Below, piece by piece: positions 51,142 through 63,425 of a stretch of 64,000 nt of DNA. Below the pieces are notes generated by a model that made no database searches, was not told the DNA's origin, and saw nothing but the letters and a program-made list of their open reading frames with translations. How positions within the stretch are numbered: the stretch's first letter is position 1; every line of letters starts with the position of its first letter. The position numbers were made by a program, and so were the translations under genes. Source of the stretch: Felis catus (taxonomy: Eukaryota); the NCBI RefSeq assembly GCF_018350175.1, contig NC_058383.1, positions 31,126,001 to 31,190,000 of the forward strand. The letters are read 5' to 3'.

Positions 51142-54119
51142 CTGAGGGAAGAAAGCACGGTTGAGATTAACCAGCAGACCCCGCGTGTTACAGCTGTCCC
51201 CTCACAGACATGCATCGAGTGCTATGGAGGGCAAGCTGTCTAGACGAGCTCCCCTTTTCCCTTTCAAGATTAATTGCTGTACAGTCTGCAAGACCCAACG
51301 GGCCCAAGCTGATCACTTCTCAGCCCCACGAAAACGGGAGGGCGGGGCCGCACGAGGAGCCTGGAGGGCTCCCCTCGATCGGCTGCTACGGGACGAGACG
51401 GCCTTGCAGCTCCTAAACTCGCTGTTCCGAGTCCCTGCTACTGGACAACATCCGCTCTGAACAAGGATCCCCCCCACCCCCAGTTATAGCTGTTTATCAA
51501 CAGAGGAGAAAGAGCCGATTGAGAGACATAGGGCTCCACGCAGACCTACAAATACTTACCCGAGTTTACGAAGAGATCTGGTCTAGTCCTACACGGCTCT
51601 CTCTAGTTTGTACACAGGCGACAGTGTAAAGGGGTTGCCTGTCCAGTGCACAGTCCGTGTTTATGGGAGCTACTCTTCTGGACACATTCAACTTAAGAAA
51701 GCATGGCTAGAACACCATGCTTTTAGATTAGCCTCCGAGTTTCTGATCTGCAAACGTAACTGTTGTCTCAACCCATCCTCAGGTCAAAGACGTCGTTCAC
51801 CTATCCCTCAGATCTCAAGACCCAGACCTTCTGGATTTGCTTTGTTTTTCAACCCCTGACAAACCTTGTGAATGGTTTCCCCCCTTGGGACTGGCTGCTA
51901 GGAAGCTCCCAGCCAAAACTGCCCATCGGGGAAGTGCTCACATCCGTGTGGCAACCACAATGTGCCCTAACCCTCCCCCGCCCATCTTCTCCAACCTGTA
52001 TCTCCAACTCGGGCCAAAGTACTCACAACCTGTGGCACGTTGCAAAGGCTATCTTAAGACGCTACTTCAAATCCTCTTTTGGAAAGAGATAGGAGTTTTG
52101 GTTTCTTCCTTTTAGTTAAAATTGAAATCCTTCGACTTGCCAAGCTCTAGTTCAGGGCCCTTGGCACTATCTCATTTAATTCTTTATGCACATCTAAGAA
52201 ATGCACGTCACCATCCCAGCTCCCGGGGTATGAAGAAACTGCAGGAGTGGAAAGAGAAGTGGGGGGCGGGGGGAGACCAACAGGTGGGTCCTCTGGGTCC
52301 CCTCATACTCAGAATGCCCAGGGAGAAAGACGCCCGCCAAAGACCCCGAGGCAAAAAATGGGGCCACAGGACTAATGCTGTCTTCAGGCTGCAAGAGGGA
52401 AAAGGATATTCCACAGTCCGGGGCTCAGGGCAAGAAAAGGAAGGAAAGGTATTAGAGAGGCTCCTCCTCAGCCTCTAGAGGCTGCTCCATTTGGATGAGG
52501 TGGCAACAAAGAAACAGACCGTCCTGTCTCTAAAAGCAGAGCAGTCCCCTGGGCACCACACGGACACAAGTAGGCGGCCATCACCCTGACTCCCCCATCA
52601 AGCTTCTGACGGTACGAAACCTGTGCATTGTACTGGGACAAAGTGGACCCTGTGAGGTGTCAGTGAGGAGGGAGGTCTGAGGTGTCCCTGTCCTGGGTCA
52701 CTGAGGGGTCAGTGCGGAAGACCCCAAACAATCACTGGGTCGACACGTAGGCACTGAGCCCGTACAAGGTACAAGCACTCTTCTTGGTGAAGGGCAAGTA
52801 ACCAGAACAGACCCACGTCTCTGCCTGCAGGAGGCCTCCTCTCTAGCAGGGGAGACAATCCAGCCAACAGGCACACGGCACCGAGGGTGGTCAGGGATGC
52901 CAAGAGGAAAGGAAAGCAAGGCCAAGGGCAAATGAGGGGACAGCAGTGTCACTGCACACGAAGTGCTCCGGAAAGGGCCCTCCGAGCAGAGCCGGCCATG
53001 CTGCTACATGGAGGAAAAACATGTCACATGGCAAAGAGCACATGCAAAGGCCCGGAGACCGGTGTGAGCTTGGTCACTGGGCCAGGGGGGCGGGGGCACT
53101 CCTCCAGGGGATGGGGGTGGGGAGATGGAAGAAGCAGCACACCAGGAGGGCTGAATCCAGCAGACAGAGACCCTGCCAGAGTCCGGGGGCATGGAGGGAA
53201 GATGCAGCATGCCGCCCTGAGTTCTAGAAACTTCCCTTCTGGAGGACTGGATGAGAATGCCAGCACCCCCGGCAAAGCATTTGAGGCCCACGACCTCACC
53301 AGGGCCACAGAGCAACTGCATGGGTCCCTATCTTCCAGTCCTCTTACAGACACGCCAACGAGACGAAGGAGATTCAACGCCAAGAGCAGCGAATTCAAAT
53401 CCAGATCCATCCAATTCCAAATTCTGTGTTCGACCCCAGAGAACAGTTAACTGTTACAAGTCACGTGCATAGATGTAAGAACTTGGATTTTATCGACGCT
53501 TCACAGGGACATTAATCCATCTTACAGCGGAAGTGCACACTTGGCAGGTTACGTCACACAAGCACACAGGTGTGAACGTCAGAGCCCTGCCCTGGGAGAC
53601 GGGAAACAGCACGCAAAGCAGATAAAGCCGAGGAGCGTGTACCTGCCTCAGCTGTGCCCTGCCTGGAGTTACAACAGCCCAGAGCTCACATATTCGTTCA
53701 TTCATTCATCGGTCAGCACCTACTGGGCACCCAGTAGGCACAAGATACCTTCCGAAGAAGAGAGCCACGTTCCCAACTGAACTAAGGAAGAAATGTCTTT
53801 AAAGGAGAATCTCTTAATGGAGAACAACACACATTCGCATATGCCCATCATGAAATGGTCTACAGGACTTTGTCTTCTGAACTTGACCAAGTGTCTACAC
53901 TCCTGGCTCTCAGCCTCCTACCAGTGTCTCAGTGTCTCTGAGCCTTTCCCTTGTGTACAAGCAGCAAAAACAGCACCCACCTTCCCCAATTCCCTGGGGT
54001 GCTAGGATGTTCAGAGGAGCAAGGAGATGGGCAGGCCCTCGGTCGAGGCACCGACTCTTACACACTGCAGCAGGCGCATTCAGAACTCAGAAATCATCAT
54101 GTTAAAAAAAAAATTATCT

Positions 54120-54335
54120 GGGAGTGCCTGGGAGTCTCAGTCGGTTAAGCGTCCGACTTCAGCGCAGGTCATGATCTCACAGTCTGTGAGTTCAAGCCCC
54201 GCGTCAGGCTCTATGCTGACAGCTCAGAGCCTGGAGCCTCCTTCAGATTCTGTGTCTCCCCCTCTCTCTGGCCCTCCCCTCCTTGCACCCTGTCTCTGTC
54301 TCAAAAATAAAAAAAAAAAAATTTTTAATGCTTTT
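54120..54335 (+). mobile_element. CanSINE (SINEC_Fc)
   Basis: Full copy; TSD aattatctg at 54112-54120 and 54336-54344. Confidence 0.95.
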
Positions 54336-54420
54336 AATTATCTGAAAAAGCTCAAGAAAGAAAAAAAGCCACACATAAGCATAACCCAGTAATTTGTTCC
54401 ATGATGTCATAGCCATGATA

Positions 54421-54453
54421 GGGGGCACCTGGGTGGCTCAGTCGGTTAAGCAT
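54421..54453 (+). mobile_element. Head-only (tailless) CanSINE fragment between 19-bp direct repeats
   Basis: ggggcacctgggtggctcagtcggttaagcat flanked by catgatgtcatagccatga at 54400-54418 and 54451-54469. Confidence 0.88.
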
Positions 54454-54734
54454 GATGTCATAGCCATGAAAGGGGGGGAAAAAAAAAGACTTATTAAGAC
54501 CAGGATAAGATCTGTCTTTCTCTTCAAGATGCCCAGCACAAGTGGCGAGCAGCTGTGGACTGTGGACACAGACCTGGGAATCATTCCTTTACTCCAACGA
54601 CTGCTTGAATCCTGAATCTTCCTACAAAGCTGCCTTCCTGCTGAGGTTTTCTACTGGTCTCAGCTTTCTTACAGGGACAAAGGAAGAAGATATTCATTTG
54701 CAGGGAGTTGCCAGGAGGCTGCAAGAGTGAAATT

Positions 54735-55070
54735 TTTTTCTTCAATAGACTTTTTAAAACCATCTCAGGTTCACAGCAGATTGCAAAGTACAGAGATTTT
54801 TCCAGCCACCCTCTGCCCCCCCCCACAATCCCAGCCTCCCCCACTGTCAGCATCCCCACCACAGAGGGGCATTTGTTATGCTTCATGAACTCGCACAGAC
54901 ACATCATAACCACCCAAAGGGGACTTGTAGATCACAGGAGTTTGGAACGTTGTAGGGACACGTATTCACCGTTATAGTAACACACAACATAGTTTTACTG
55001 CCCGGCCAAATCCCTTGGGCTCCGCCCATTTATCCCTTTCTCCCCGAACCCCCGCTGAAACCTTCTGTGA
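54735..55070 (-). mobile_element. Ancient L1MC/MD-like 3' end
   Basis: aggttcacagcagattg...aagtacagagatttttcc...cagcctcccccactgtcagcatcccc...acacatcataaccacccaaag. Confidence 0.75.
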
Positions 55071-56289
55071 ATCAGAGAATCTCCACTCGACCCATCAGCC
55101 TTCCATTCGGAAGTTGCACATCACAGACAGGTGGGACTGATGCTAACAAACCACTTGCTCTGGATCTAAGCCGAACTCTGCCGAGCCCATGTGCACAGCA
55201 GGGCCTCCCCACCGCCAGTGTGCTCAGCACAGGGTGCCCCCGACTGCTCAGTCCACCGGCTCTGCTCGCCTCTGCAAGGAGGGAGCCCTTCACCACCCAG
55301 AAACATGATCCTTATGCTGAGCGGTTTGCATCAGGCCCCTCCTGGTGTCACCAGGCATCACCAGCCTCTGTACCTGGCCTCACCTGTACGGACAGCAGCC
55401 TCTGACCAGGTTTCCTGAGAGACCCTCTCGATTTTAACTATTTTGACCCTACCCATGAACTGGTTCATGGATTTCATGGACGGAACCCGTCTTTTCTCAA
55501 GTTCATGCCCAACTTCCAGTCTGATAAAACCCAACTCCTTTATTCGGGTCCAGACGAAAAGGTGTCATGTCCAGGAAGCCCTCTGTGATTTCCCTATCCC
55601 TCAACAAGTTGCAGAGCGTGCAGTCAGTAACCACCTGTCTCCTGCACTTAACTCACAACTCCTTACAGACATACAACATGTCAGGCATCTTGGGTCCCCA
55701 GAGGCCCCACAAGTCGGGTGCTTGGTCAAGGTTCACAGAAAAGGAGTGATCCAGAGAGACTATTCATATCCAACGACAATACCCCTGAAACTAACAAGAG
55801 TAATAGCGGCTACGTGATGAATACTTTCTACGTGCAAAGTCTCAGCACCTGACAAGCCTTGTTTCAGTTTTCACAGCCACCTAATGAGGGCGCTGAGTAC
55901 AGAGCCGAAACCCAAACCGGAACAAGGCCTGTAGGGTCTCAACTCACCTTCCCCACCCTAAGGCCAAGAATTATGGAAAATGCCCTTGGCAGGACCAAGA
56001 GCTGGAGAGGAGGTGCTTTCGTGGGGCGTGGGGAGTGGCAAGATGGTCAGGAATAGGTTCTAGCAGCTTCCACTCCAATAAGAGCAGTACCCAAGAAGAG
56101 CTGTTGTCAACAGGCTCCTGAGCTGAGAAGATCGGAGTTCAAACCCCAGCTCAGCCCCTAATTGCCTGGTAACCTTAAGTTGGGCTTGCATCTGTGCAAA
56201 ATGCAGAATGGTGACTACACCACACTCCCTGCAGACTGGCTCCAAGACTCACGGGAGTTCCCCGCCTGATGGACACACGGCGGCCAATG

Positions 56290-56580
56290 CAGAGAAGTGG
56301 TTCAGGATCCCGAATTCTAGAGCGTACGACCGGGTTCAAATTCTGACTCTGCAGTCAAGTGACTCCGACCAAGTAACCCACCCTCTCCGAACACCGATTC
56401 CCTTATCTACAAAATCGGATCTCAATGGGCACCAGCTCATACAAATGCCATGAGAACTCAATAAGGTAATACGTAAACTAGGCGCTTAGAAAATGCTCAG
56501 CACCCCCTCCCCCACTCACGCTCTCTCTTAAAAAAATAAACATTAAAAAAAAAAAGAAAAGAAAATGCTCAGTAAATAGA
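56290..56580 (+). mobile_element. MIR relic, interrupted near its 3' end by a SINE tail
   Basis: gggttcaaattctgactctgc...gtgactccgaccaagtaacccacc...ccttatctacaaaatcgg...atgctcagtaaat. Confidence 0.7.
56501..56559 (+). mobile_element. 5'-truncated CanSINE (tail only)
   Basis: cccctcccccactcacgctctctct, aataaacatt and A tail; TSD agaaaatgctcag at 56488-56500 and 56560-56572. Confidence 0.88.
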
Positions 56581-59500
56581 AAACATACGACGCATTATCT
56601 ACCCCTATAATTAGTGCCTTTTCCTTCAACAGCAGGGGACAGAAAGACAAGGACAAGGTAGCGGAGACTGCCCAAGTAGGAGTTGGTGCATTTGAGCACA
56701 TTTTCAGGAGTTAGGAGATTTCACTGAGTTCCTGTATACCTCGACCTTGGGAAATAAAAGATTTTTTTTAAGTGATCTATGCCCTAAAGCAGCAGACTAG
56801 ATAATAGAATTTTCTAAAGTGTCAAACAAGATCACCATGGGCCACGTGGGAAATCAAACCCAGAGAGGGAGGGGTCATTTAGAGGAGGCTGAGTGTCCGG
56901 GTTCTGGGGACATACAATGTGCAGGATCCCAGATACCGCCACTCAGACTCTGCCCCTAAAAACTGTGTATTCGGTGGGGGAAAGACAACTCAGAAGGAGA
57001 AGCAATCCTGACGAAGTCCCAGCAAATGCATGTGCTCTTCTGGCAAGAGGAACCACAGTAGCTGGAATGGGAGCTCGACCACAGGCTCACCTCAGAGGGG
57101 CCCTGGTCCCATGAGGCCGGAGCCACCATGACAAACACCAGGATGACCAAGGCTGAGCTCCCCATCCCGCTGACATCACCTGCCCCACACACGGTGCATG
57201 CCGGCCTCCTGGACCATGCCCCTGCGTCTGCATCAACATCAGGATGATGGAGGACACAAACACAAGTCAAACAGTACTCAGATTCCGGGAATCACAAGAG
57301 AAAAGGGTGTCGTCAGACAGTCCCTCCCACCTTCCACACACACACACACCCCCCCCCCCCATCGCCATTCAGAGTCAGGATTAAAAACAAAATGTCCCAA
57401 GAGAGCGGCATTCCCTGACAAACACTCTCAACAGGCTTTACTTTATACACGTTCACCTTGCTGATTTTTCTCAGGCAGTAAAGCCAGCAGGTAACGTTGG
57501 GTTTGGTTTGCACGGATCATAGAAATACAGTATTTCTCTGAGCAGCAGTGACACAGGCCGGCAGGGCCTCCTCCCAAACTGGTAATTTTTCTCCTCTCCC
57601 CAGCACCACGCATCCCATTATTGGTTTCAGGTCTAGCATCGTGGCCTTCCTCCTCTTCGTTACCTGCCACAACACACGTTCCAAGGGCCAACGGAGACGC
57701 CTCTCTATGGAGCGGGGGGTCCCCCTCGCCTAGGGCTGAAAGGGGGAGGACCATCCACCTCAAAATCGCTTCCTTGCTCGGCTGCAGAGGACTGAATGGC
57801 AAATCCAACCCAGCACACAGGAGAATGTTCATTTTAACCGCAAGAAACTGATCTGGGCAAACGAGCGGCATTTCTAACCACTGTGGAAAGGACGGATTCA
57901 TCTGTAAATGTTACTGGGGCAGAGAACCATTCTGGGAGCAAGAAACAGGACTTCATCCCTGCCTCTGTTCTGTATCCAAATAAATGTCAGAACACGTCAT
58001 TTCAACGTGAGCTGCGGCAACCCAACAGTGTCACTATGCGAACACACGTTTACGCCACAGCAGCAGAGACCTTCACGTGAAAGCAAACAAGCCCATTAAG
58101 CAAATTATGTTTTGTCTTGCTCGTGTTTTTTTGCTTTGTTTCGTTTTTAACTTCTGCCCATGGAGGGCCAATCTAACACAACACCGACCCACTATGGAAA
58201 CTGGACACTCTTCTAGGCAGTCCCGGGCAGAGTAGAAAAACCAGGTCTTCCCGTCAAATCCCAGACCCCTCAAGTCTCTGTTCAGGGACCCTGGGCACCC
58301 TCTGGCGGTCAGGGCCCTCAGCTGGAAGAACGGTGCTCACACCGCCAGCCTCACGGGACAGGGCGGGGGTCGGCAGACGTTCTCCTGGAACTCAGCCACC
58401 CTCCTCTGTCTGGGTCTACGCCCGCTTCTGTGCCGCAAGGGCAGAGCTGAGCTGTCGTGACAGACACGGAGGGTCCCGCACGGCCTCACCTGGTTGCCAT
58501 CTGGCCCCTTTCAGAAAAGGCCTGCCTGTCGTCGGAGGACGTCCAGGAACTCCCCCTCGCCTGTCCCATGGCCAGCCTCCTTCCATTCCGGGCTGGGGGC
58601 AGCGGTCTGCGGTGAGGAACGGGCCTGCCGGACGCTCAGGCCGGCCAGGGGAGCTCACTGGCTGGACCCCAGAAAGACGGTCGACCAGACTGAAACGGAC
58701 ACGAGGCGGCAGGGGAGCGGCTCCTGCTTCAGATACTGCGGACCGCTCCCCACCCCCCTTCAGAGGTCTCCTCAGCTTTGCCGCTGGTCCCTCCGACTGT
58801 CCTCGTTCAGCCTCCTGCCCTAGATGCCCTCCGTGTGCCTTCACCGGCTCCCAGGACAGACTGCATCTACACCCAGGGCTCAAACACCACCTGAACCCCA
58901 CGGACACCCAAGCTCCAGCACACGTGCCCCACAGCCCCTCGGACGGTTCGCACCTTGACCAACTCCTCCACTTTCCCTGCTTTGTCGGCCGCGGGGCGGA
59001 CCCACTCCCCTTCTCTCATGCCTCTGCGTCTTGGCACAGGCAGTCCTGAAGGACTCAGAGCCTGCTCCAGGCTTGGGCCAGAGAGCACCTCTTCCATGAG
59101 GCCCTCCCCCACCAGCAGGGGGAACAACAAGTCTTACCCATACCCTCCTCAGGAGTCCGCCTCCACAGTCCTCCAACTACAGCCAGGGAAATCTGGGATG
59201 GCTGGTTACCCCAAACCGAGCCAATCACAGGGAGTCCTCCAGAAGTTTGGGATGGGCCAGTATTGGACTCGACCAGATGCATCTGGCCAAGAGAAAACCG
59301 TTCTAATTTGCTCCACCAAGATCCACATGCCGGAAGCTGAGCAGAGGGCCACTGGCCAGGCCAGGGACAAAGGAGCTAACAGACACAGGGGCAGAAGGCC
59401 CCCCAAGAGAGAAACCAGTATAACCCCTCCAGGCAAACCCAGCACTGAAAAAATATGGAGATTCACAAAGGGAGTGGTGTCTCAAGTGTCTAACGTGAGC

Positions 59501-62108
59501 CACAGAGTGCTGCTTAACACCGGGGCAAGGCCACAGGGAAACCCAAAGTCTACGAAGAATCCCTACCAACCTGGGAAAGACAGCAGTGGCTGACCTGGTC
59601 TCTTACTGCACAGATGTACGAGCCAGCACAGCTCTCTGAGGGTCACTTTCAGAGACACAGAGCCACAAGAATGACACGGGGAGAGAGGAAGGGCCACCCC
59701 AACTCCTGCCAGGCTCCCGGAAGCCCCTACTGTTCTGCCCTCATGTCCGAAACCTCAGCTGTTCTAAGTCCTCACAGCCAATGAGGCCAACTGAGACCCG
59801 GCTCTCCCTAAGCCCCGCCGGCCCTCGTCTACACCTCCACGGAAGCAGCAAAGCCCGGAACGAGGGAGTGGGGGAGCAGAAGAGGAAGCCCCCCACCTGC
59901 CCCAGCCCCTGGCCACAGTATACGCAAGACCTTAGGAATGAGTGAAGGGCGGGATGGATTAAGGAGTGAGCGACACCCACTGCCGAAGCCCGCTCTTCTC
60001 CAGGCGAAGAGCATGCGATGGGCCAGGCAGAAACGTCAACCGCGTGTAATCAGAAGTTCACAGCCTCCCCAGAAAACACTAACCAGCAGATTCACAGCTA
60101 TAATTTCCTGTCCCCATGACACAAGTTCAGGCTCGAACACACCTTTTTCCTATGCATCTTGGGAATGGATACCCACAGAAGGGAGGGAACGAATTCTTTT
60201 GTCATTACCAGGACCTAAAACTGGACCATTCCCCTCCTCCTTGGCGCATGGATCCACCCACATGAATCCCTGATTTCAAACAGATCGGCAGAGCGGGGAC
60301 CAACATAAACGCGGATGCACACCGTGGATAACCCCATTCACACGGTGATTATGGGGGTCGGGTTAGTATAGAAAGTACTGAGACAGCGATGTGGCAGGAA
60401 GGGGACAGCCCTCCCCTGTTCAGACATTGAAGGCCCTTCAATGAAGGGGGGAAATTATCTTGACAGTAATTTTGAAAAGGGAGTTAAAGGTCATTTGAAG
60501 AGGGAGTCCAGGAATAGGCAAACTAGATGTGGTCTATCAGGGTGTGCACGTGGGTGTGCACACTCACATATGCATAGATCTGTGTAATAGTTCTTTGCCT
60601 TTATAAAAAGCACCTCTTCCCAAAGACCTCAAAGAGCCTTTACAAATGCTCCCCTGGGGCCCATACTCCGTTCTATTTAAAGAGACCGCTCATGAGGGCA
60701 CATGCACGGAAATAAATACTACGCTTCTATTACTATATACTTAACCTACACCGTCTTTTTTCAGACTTTACTGCTTTTTCTAACTTTGCCTGTCTACCCG
60801 CTCCTGCCCATCTCCAGGACAAAGGACCGACTGTATTGAGCTCCAATGTAATTTCTGAGATGCATCCAGGCCCTTGCTGCTTTCTCTTCCATTCCCAGCC
60901 TCCCCCTTCCCCTGCCCACCCAGGGTTTCTACTGTGCGATTTGGTAAGTTGGGGATGAAACGGCCCCAGACCGGCTGCCTGAGCTCCGAGGGCCAGGAGC
61001 TACCCTGCAGAGAGTTTCCTACAGGCCCAGCCAGGGGAACCCACTTTCTATCCACAATCTCCTTTAATTCTTGCTACCTCCAGAAGAGCAAGGCCTACTG
61101 CACCAATTCCGTGCATGGGGAAACAAAGGCCCAAAAAAGCAAAGGCGCCTGCCGCAGGCCACAAAGCCAGGGGCCGGCCTCCCTGGGAAGCCTGTCCCTG
61201 ACCTGCAGTGGCAGCACCAGGACAAGCCACCCCTGGGATGGGGCCCCCAGCCTGTGGCCTGCGCTCCCCCAGCCTCTGCCGGCGAGGGAAACGTGAGGAA
61301 TCGATTCAAATCTCCACCCACCCCACCCTTCACTCTACTGTTTCTACAAAATCTAGTAGAACAAAGGAAAAGATCTGAGAAACCCAAGGGAACAAAATGA
61401 GAAAGTCACAAGGGAAAGAAAAATACCTTGCAACAATCTGATCAAGTTCTAGACCTTTATCATCCTCTCCGTAGGTGTAATTTGGGGGTTCTGTCTCATG
61501 TGCATACACACACTCTCAAACACACAGTGTATTCACAGCAACTGTAACACAAACTTTAAAGCAAGTGTACAAAAAGCAAAGGCAGACCGGGCCCCACAAA
61601 TAACCGTAGTGGACACAACAGGGTCCTCAAAGGAACATGGGGAAGCTGGAGGAGGGGAGAGCACGCCCCCCACCCCCAACAAGGCAGCAGCCCCTGCCTC
61701 GTCCACTGTCCCACACAGGGCACATCCCAGGCTGCCACCGATTTGGATTTGTCAAGCGAAGCCAGCAACCACATTTTTAAGTAAATCAGATTTTAAATGG
61801 GGTTGACAAGGCCTCAACAAACAGGCCCAATGCATCATGGCCACGGGCCACCACTTTGAGAGCTGCGCCCTGAAGCTGGAACTCCTGACTGCCACCAGCC
61901 TGGAGACGCAAGATAAGCGGGGCACACAGGTGGAGCCATTGAGACACAAACAAAATGGTTTCCTAGAGAACGTCCCAAGTGTGGAGTTGGAAGGGGCCGG
62001 CAGGACTCAGCACCCCAGGAAAACTCCCCAGGAACCTCAAAGTGATGGACTTGGGGAGCAGCAAGGGTCCAAGCACCCCCGCCCTCTCAGAGACACCTGG
62101 AGAAGTGG

Positions 62109-62110
<2 letters not shown>

Positions 62111-62152
<42 letters not shown>
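62111..62152. repeat. (CA)21 microsatellite
   Basis: Directly visible. Confidence 0.98.
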
Positions 62153-62153
<1 letters not shown>

Positions 62154-62341
62154 CCATCAGCTTAGAAGGAACGAGAGGGACTCAGGGGTGAGGGCCGGGG
62201 GAGGGCTCTTTCCACACATTTTTTTTCCTATCAACAAGTATAGTCTCTACATTTATTTTCTCAAGTTAAAAAGAAAAAGAGAGGTATCGGGATACCATCT
62301 ACCTTTAAAGAGGCATCTGCCTTAAGAACTAAAAGCAGTTA

Positions 62342-62572
62342 AGGGCGCCTGGGTGGCGCAGTCGGTTAAGCGTCCGAATTCAGCCAGGTCACGATCTTGC
62401 GGTCCGTGAGTTCGAGCCCCGCATCAGGCTCTGGGCTGATGGCTCGGAGCCTGGAGCCTGTTTCCAATTCTGTGTCTCCCTCTCTCTCTGCCCCTCCCCC
62501 GTTCATGCTCTGTCTCTCTCTGTCCCAAAAATAAATAAACGTTGGAAAAAAAAATTAAAAAAAAAAAAAAAA
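62342..62572 (+). mobile_element. Young CanSINE (SINEC_Fc) with perfect 17-bp TSD
   Basis: TSD aagaactaaaagcagtt at 62324-62340 and 62573-62589. Confidence 0.98.
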
Positions 62573-62713
62573 AAGAACTAAAAGCAGTTTTAAAGGTTGC
62601 TTCAAGCAGAAAAAAATAGAATGTAGGGACTTACCTGGTGAGACAGTAGATGGGGGTGGGGGGTGGGCATAAGGTTGTGGTTTTTTTTTTTTAATAATGC
62701 ACTGAGGTGAAAC

Positions 62714-62889
62714 TTTTTAATGTTTATTTATTTTTGAGGGGAGGGGCAGAGAGAGAGGGAGACAGAGGATCCGAAGTGGGGTCTGTGCGGACAGCAGAGA
62801 GCTCGACGTGGGGCTCGAACTCACCAATCATGAGATCACGACCTGAGCCAAAGTCAGATACTCAACCGACTGAGCCACCCAGGCATCCC
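62714..62889 (-). mobile_element. CanSINE inserted into an old L1 relic
   Basis: tttaatgtttatttatttttgag ... ctcaaccgactgagccacccaggcatccc. Confidence 0.93.
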
Positions 62890-63425
62890 GAAATCAACTT
62901 TAAAGTGACGAATTCAGCGATGCCTAGCACACCGCACATTGTATAGCCACCACCCTGACCTAGCTGTCGAACACTTCTCCCCGGCCCCTTCCTGTGACGC
63001 ACTTTCTCCCATAGGTCCCCCTACAAAGCAACCACCCGCCTGCTTTCTGGTCCTCTGGAATTTCCTTCCCCAGACGGTCCACAAATCCAAGCCTCCAACA
63101 CGTACGTACTCTTTTGAGAAGGGTTTGTGCCACTCGGTTGCCGCGGCTCGCCCTGGTGTCAGGACTGCGTCCTTTGTAGGGTTGGACACCAGTGGGCCGC
63201 AGGGATAAACCACATCGGTTTGTCCGTTCACCCTTCGACGGACATGCGGGCTGTTTCTACCGCTGGGGGATCATCAACGGTGCTGCCACCAACATTTGTG
63301 TACGTGAACTTGATGGAGTCTCTACTTTCAACTCTTCGGGGGTTGACACCTAGAGTGGAATTGTGGGGTCACAGGGGAATTCTGTCGCACTTTTCGAAAA
63401 ACCGCCCAACTGTTCTCCGCACCGA
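62890..63425 (-). mobile_element. Ancient L1M (L1MB-like) 3' region relic
   Basis: tccgttcacccttcgacggacatgcgggctgtttctac ... cctagagtggaattgtggggtcacagggg ... cccaactgttctcc. Confidence 0.75.

Noticed and set aside
54400..54469. Repeat-spacer-repeat resembling a mini CRISPR array
   Set aside because: Only two repeats, the spacer is a SINE head, the context is a mammalian intron, and there are no cas genes.
58333..59593. 238-aa and 212-aa ORFs
   Set aside because: Low-complexity translations of GC-rich intron, open in several frames on both strands, no recognisable family.
60425..60443. Perfect inverted repeat cattgaagg-c-ccttcaatg
   Set aside because: A 9-bp stem is expected by chance in 64 kb and is too short for a pre-miRNA.
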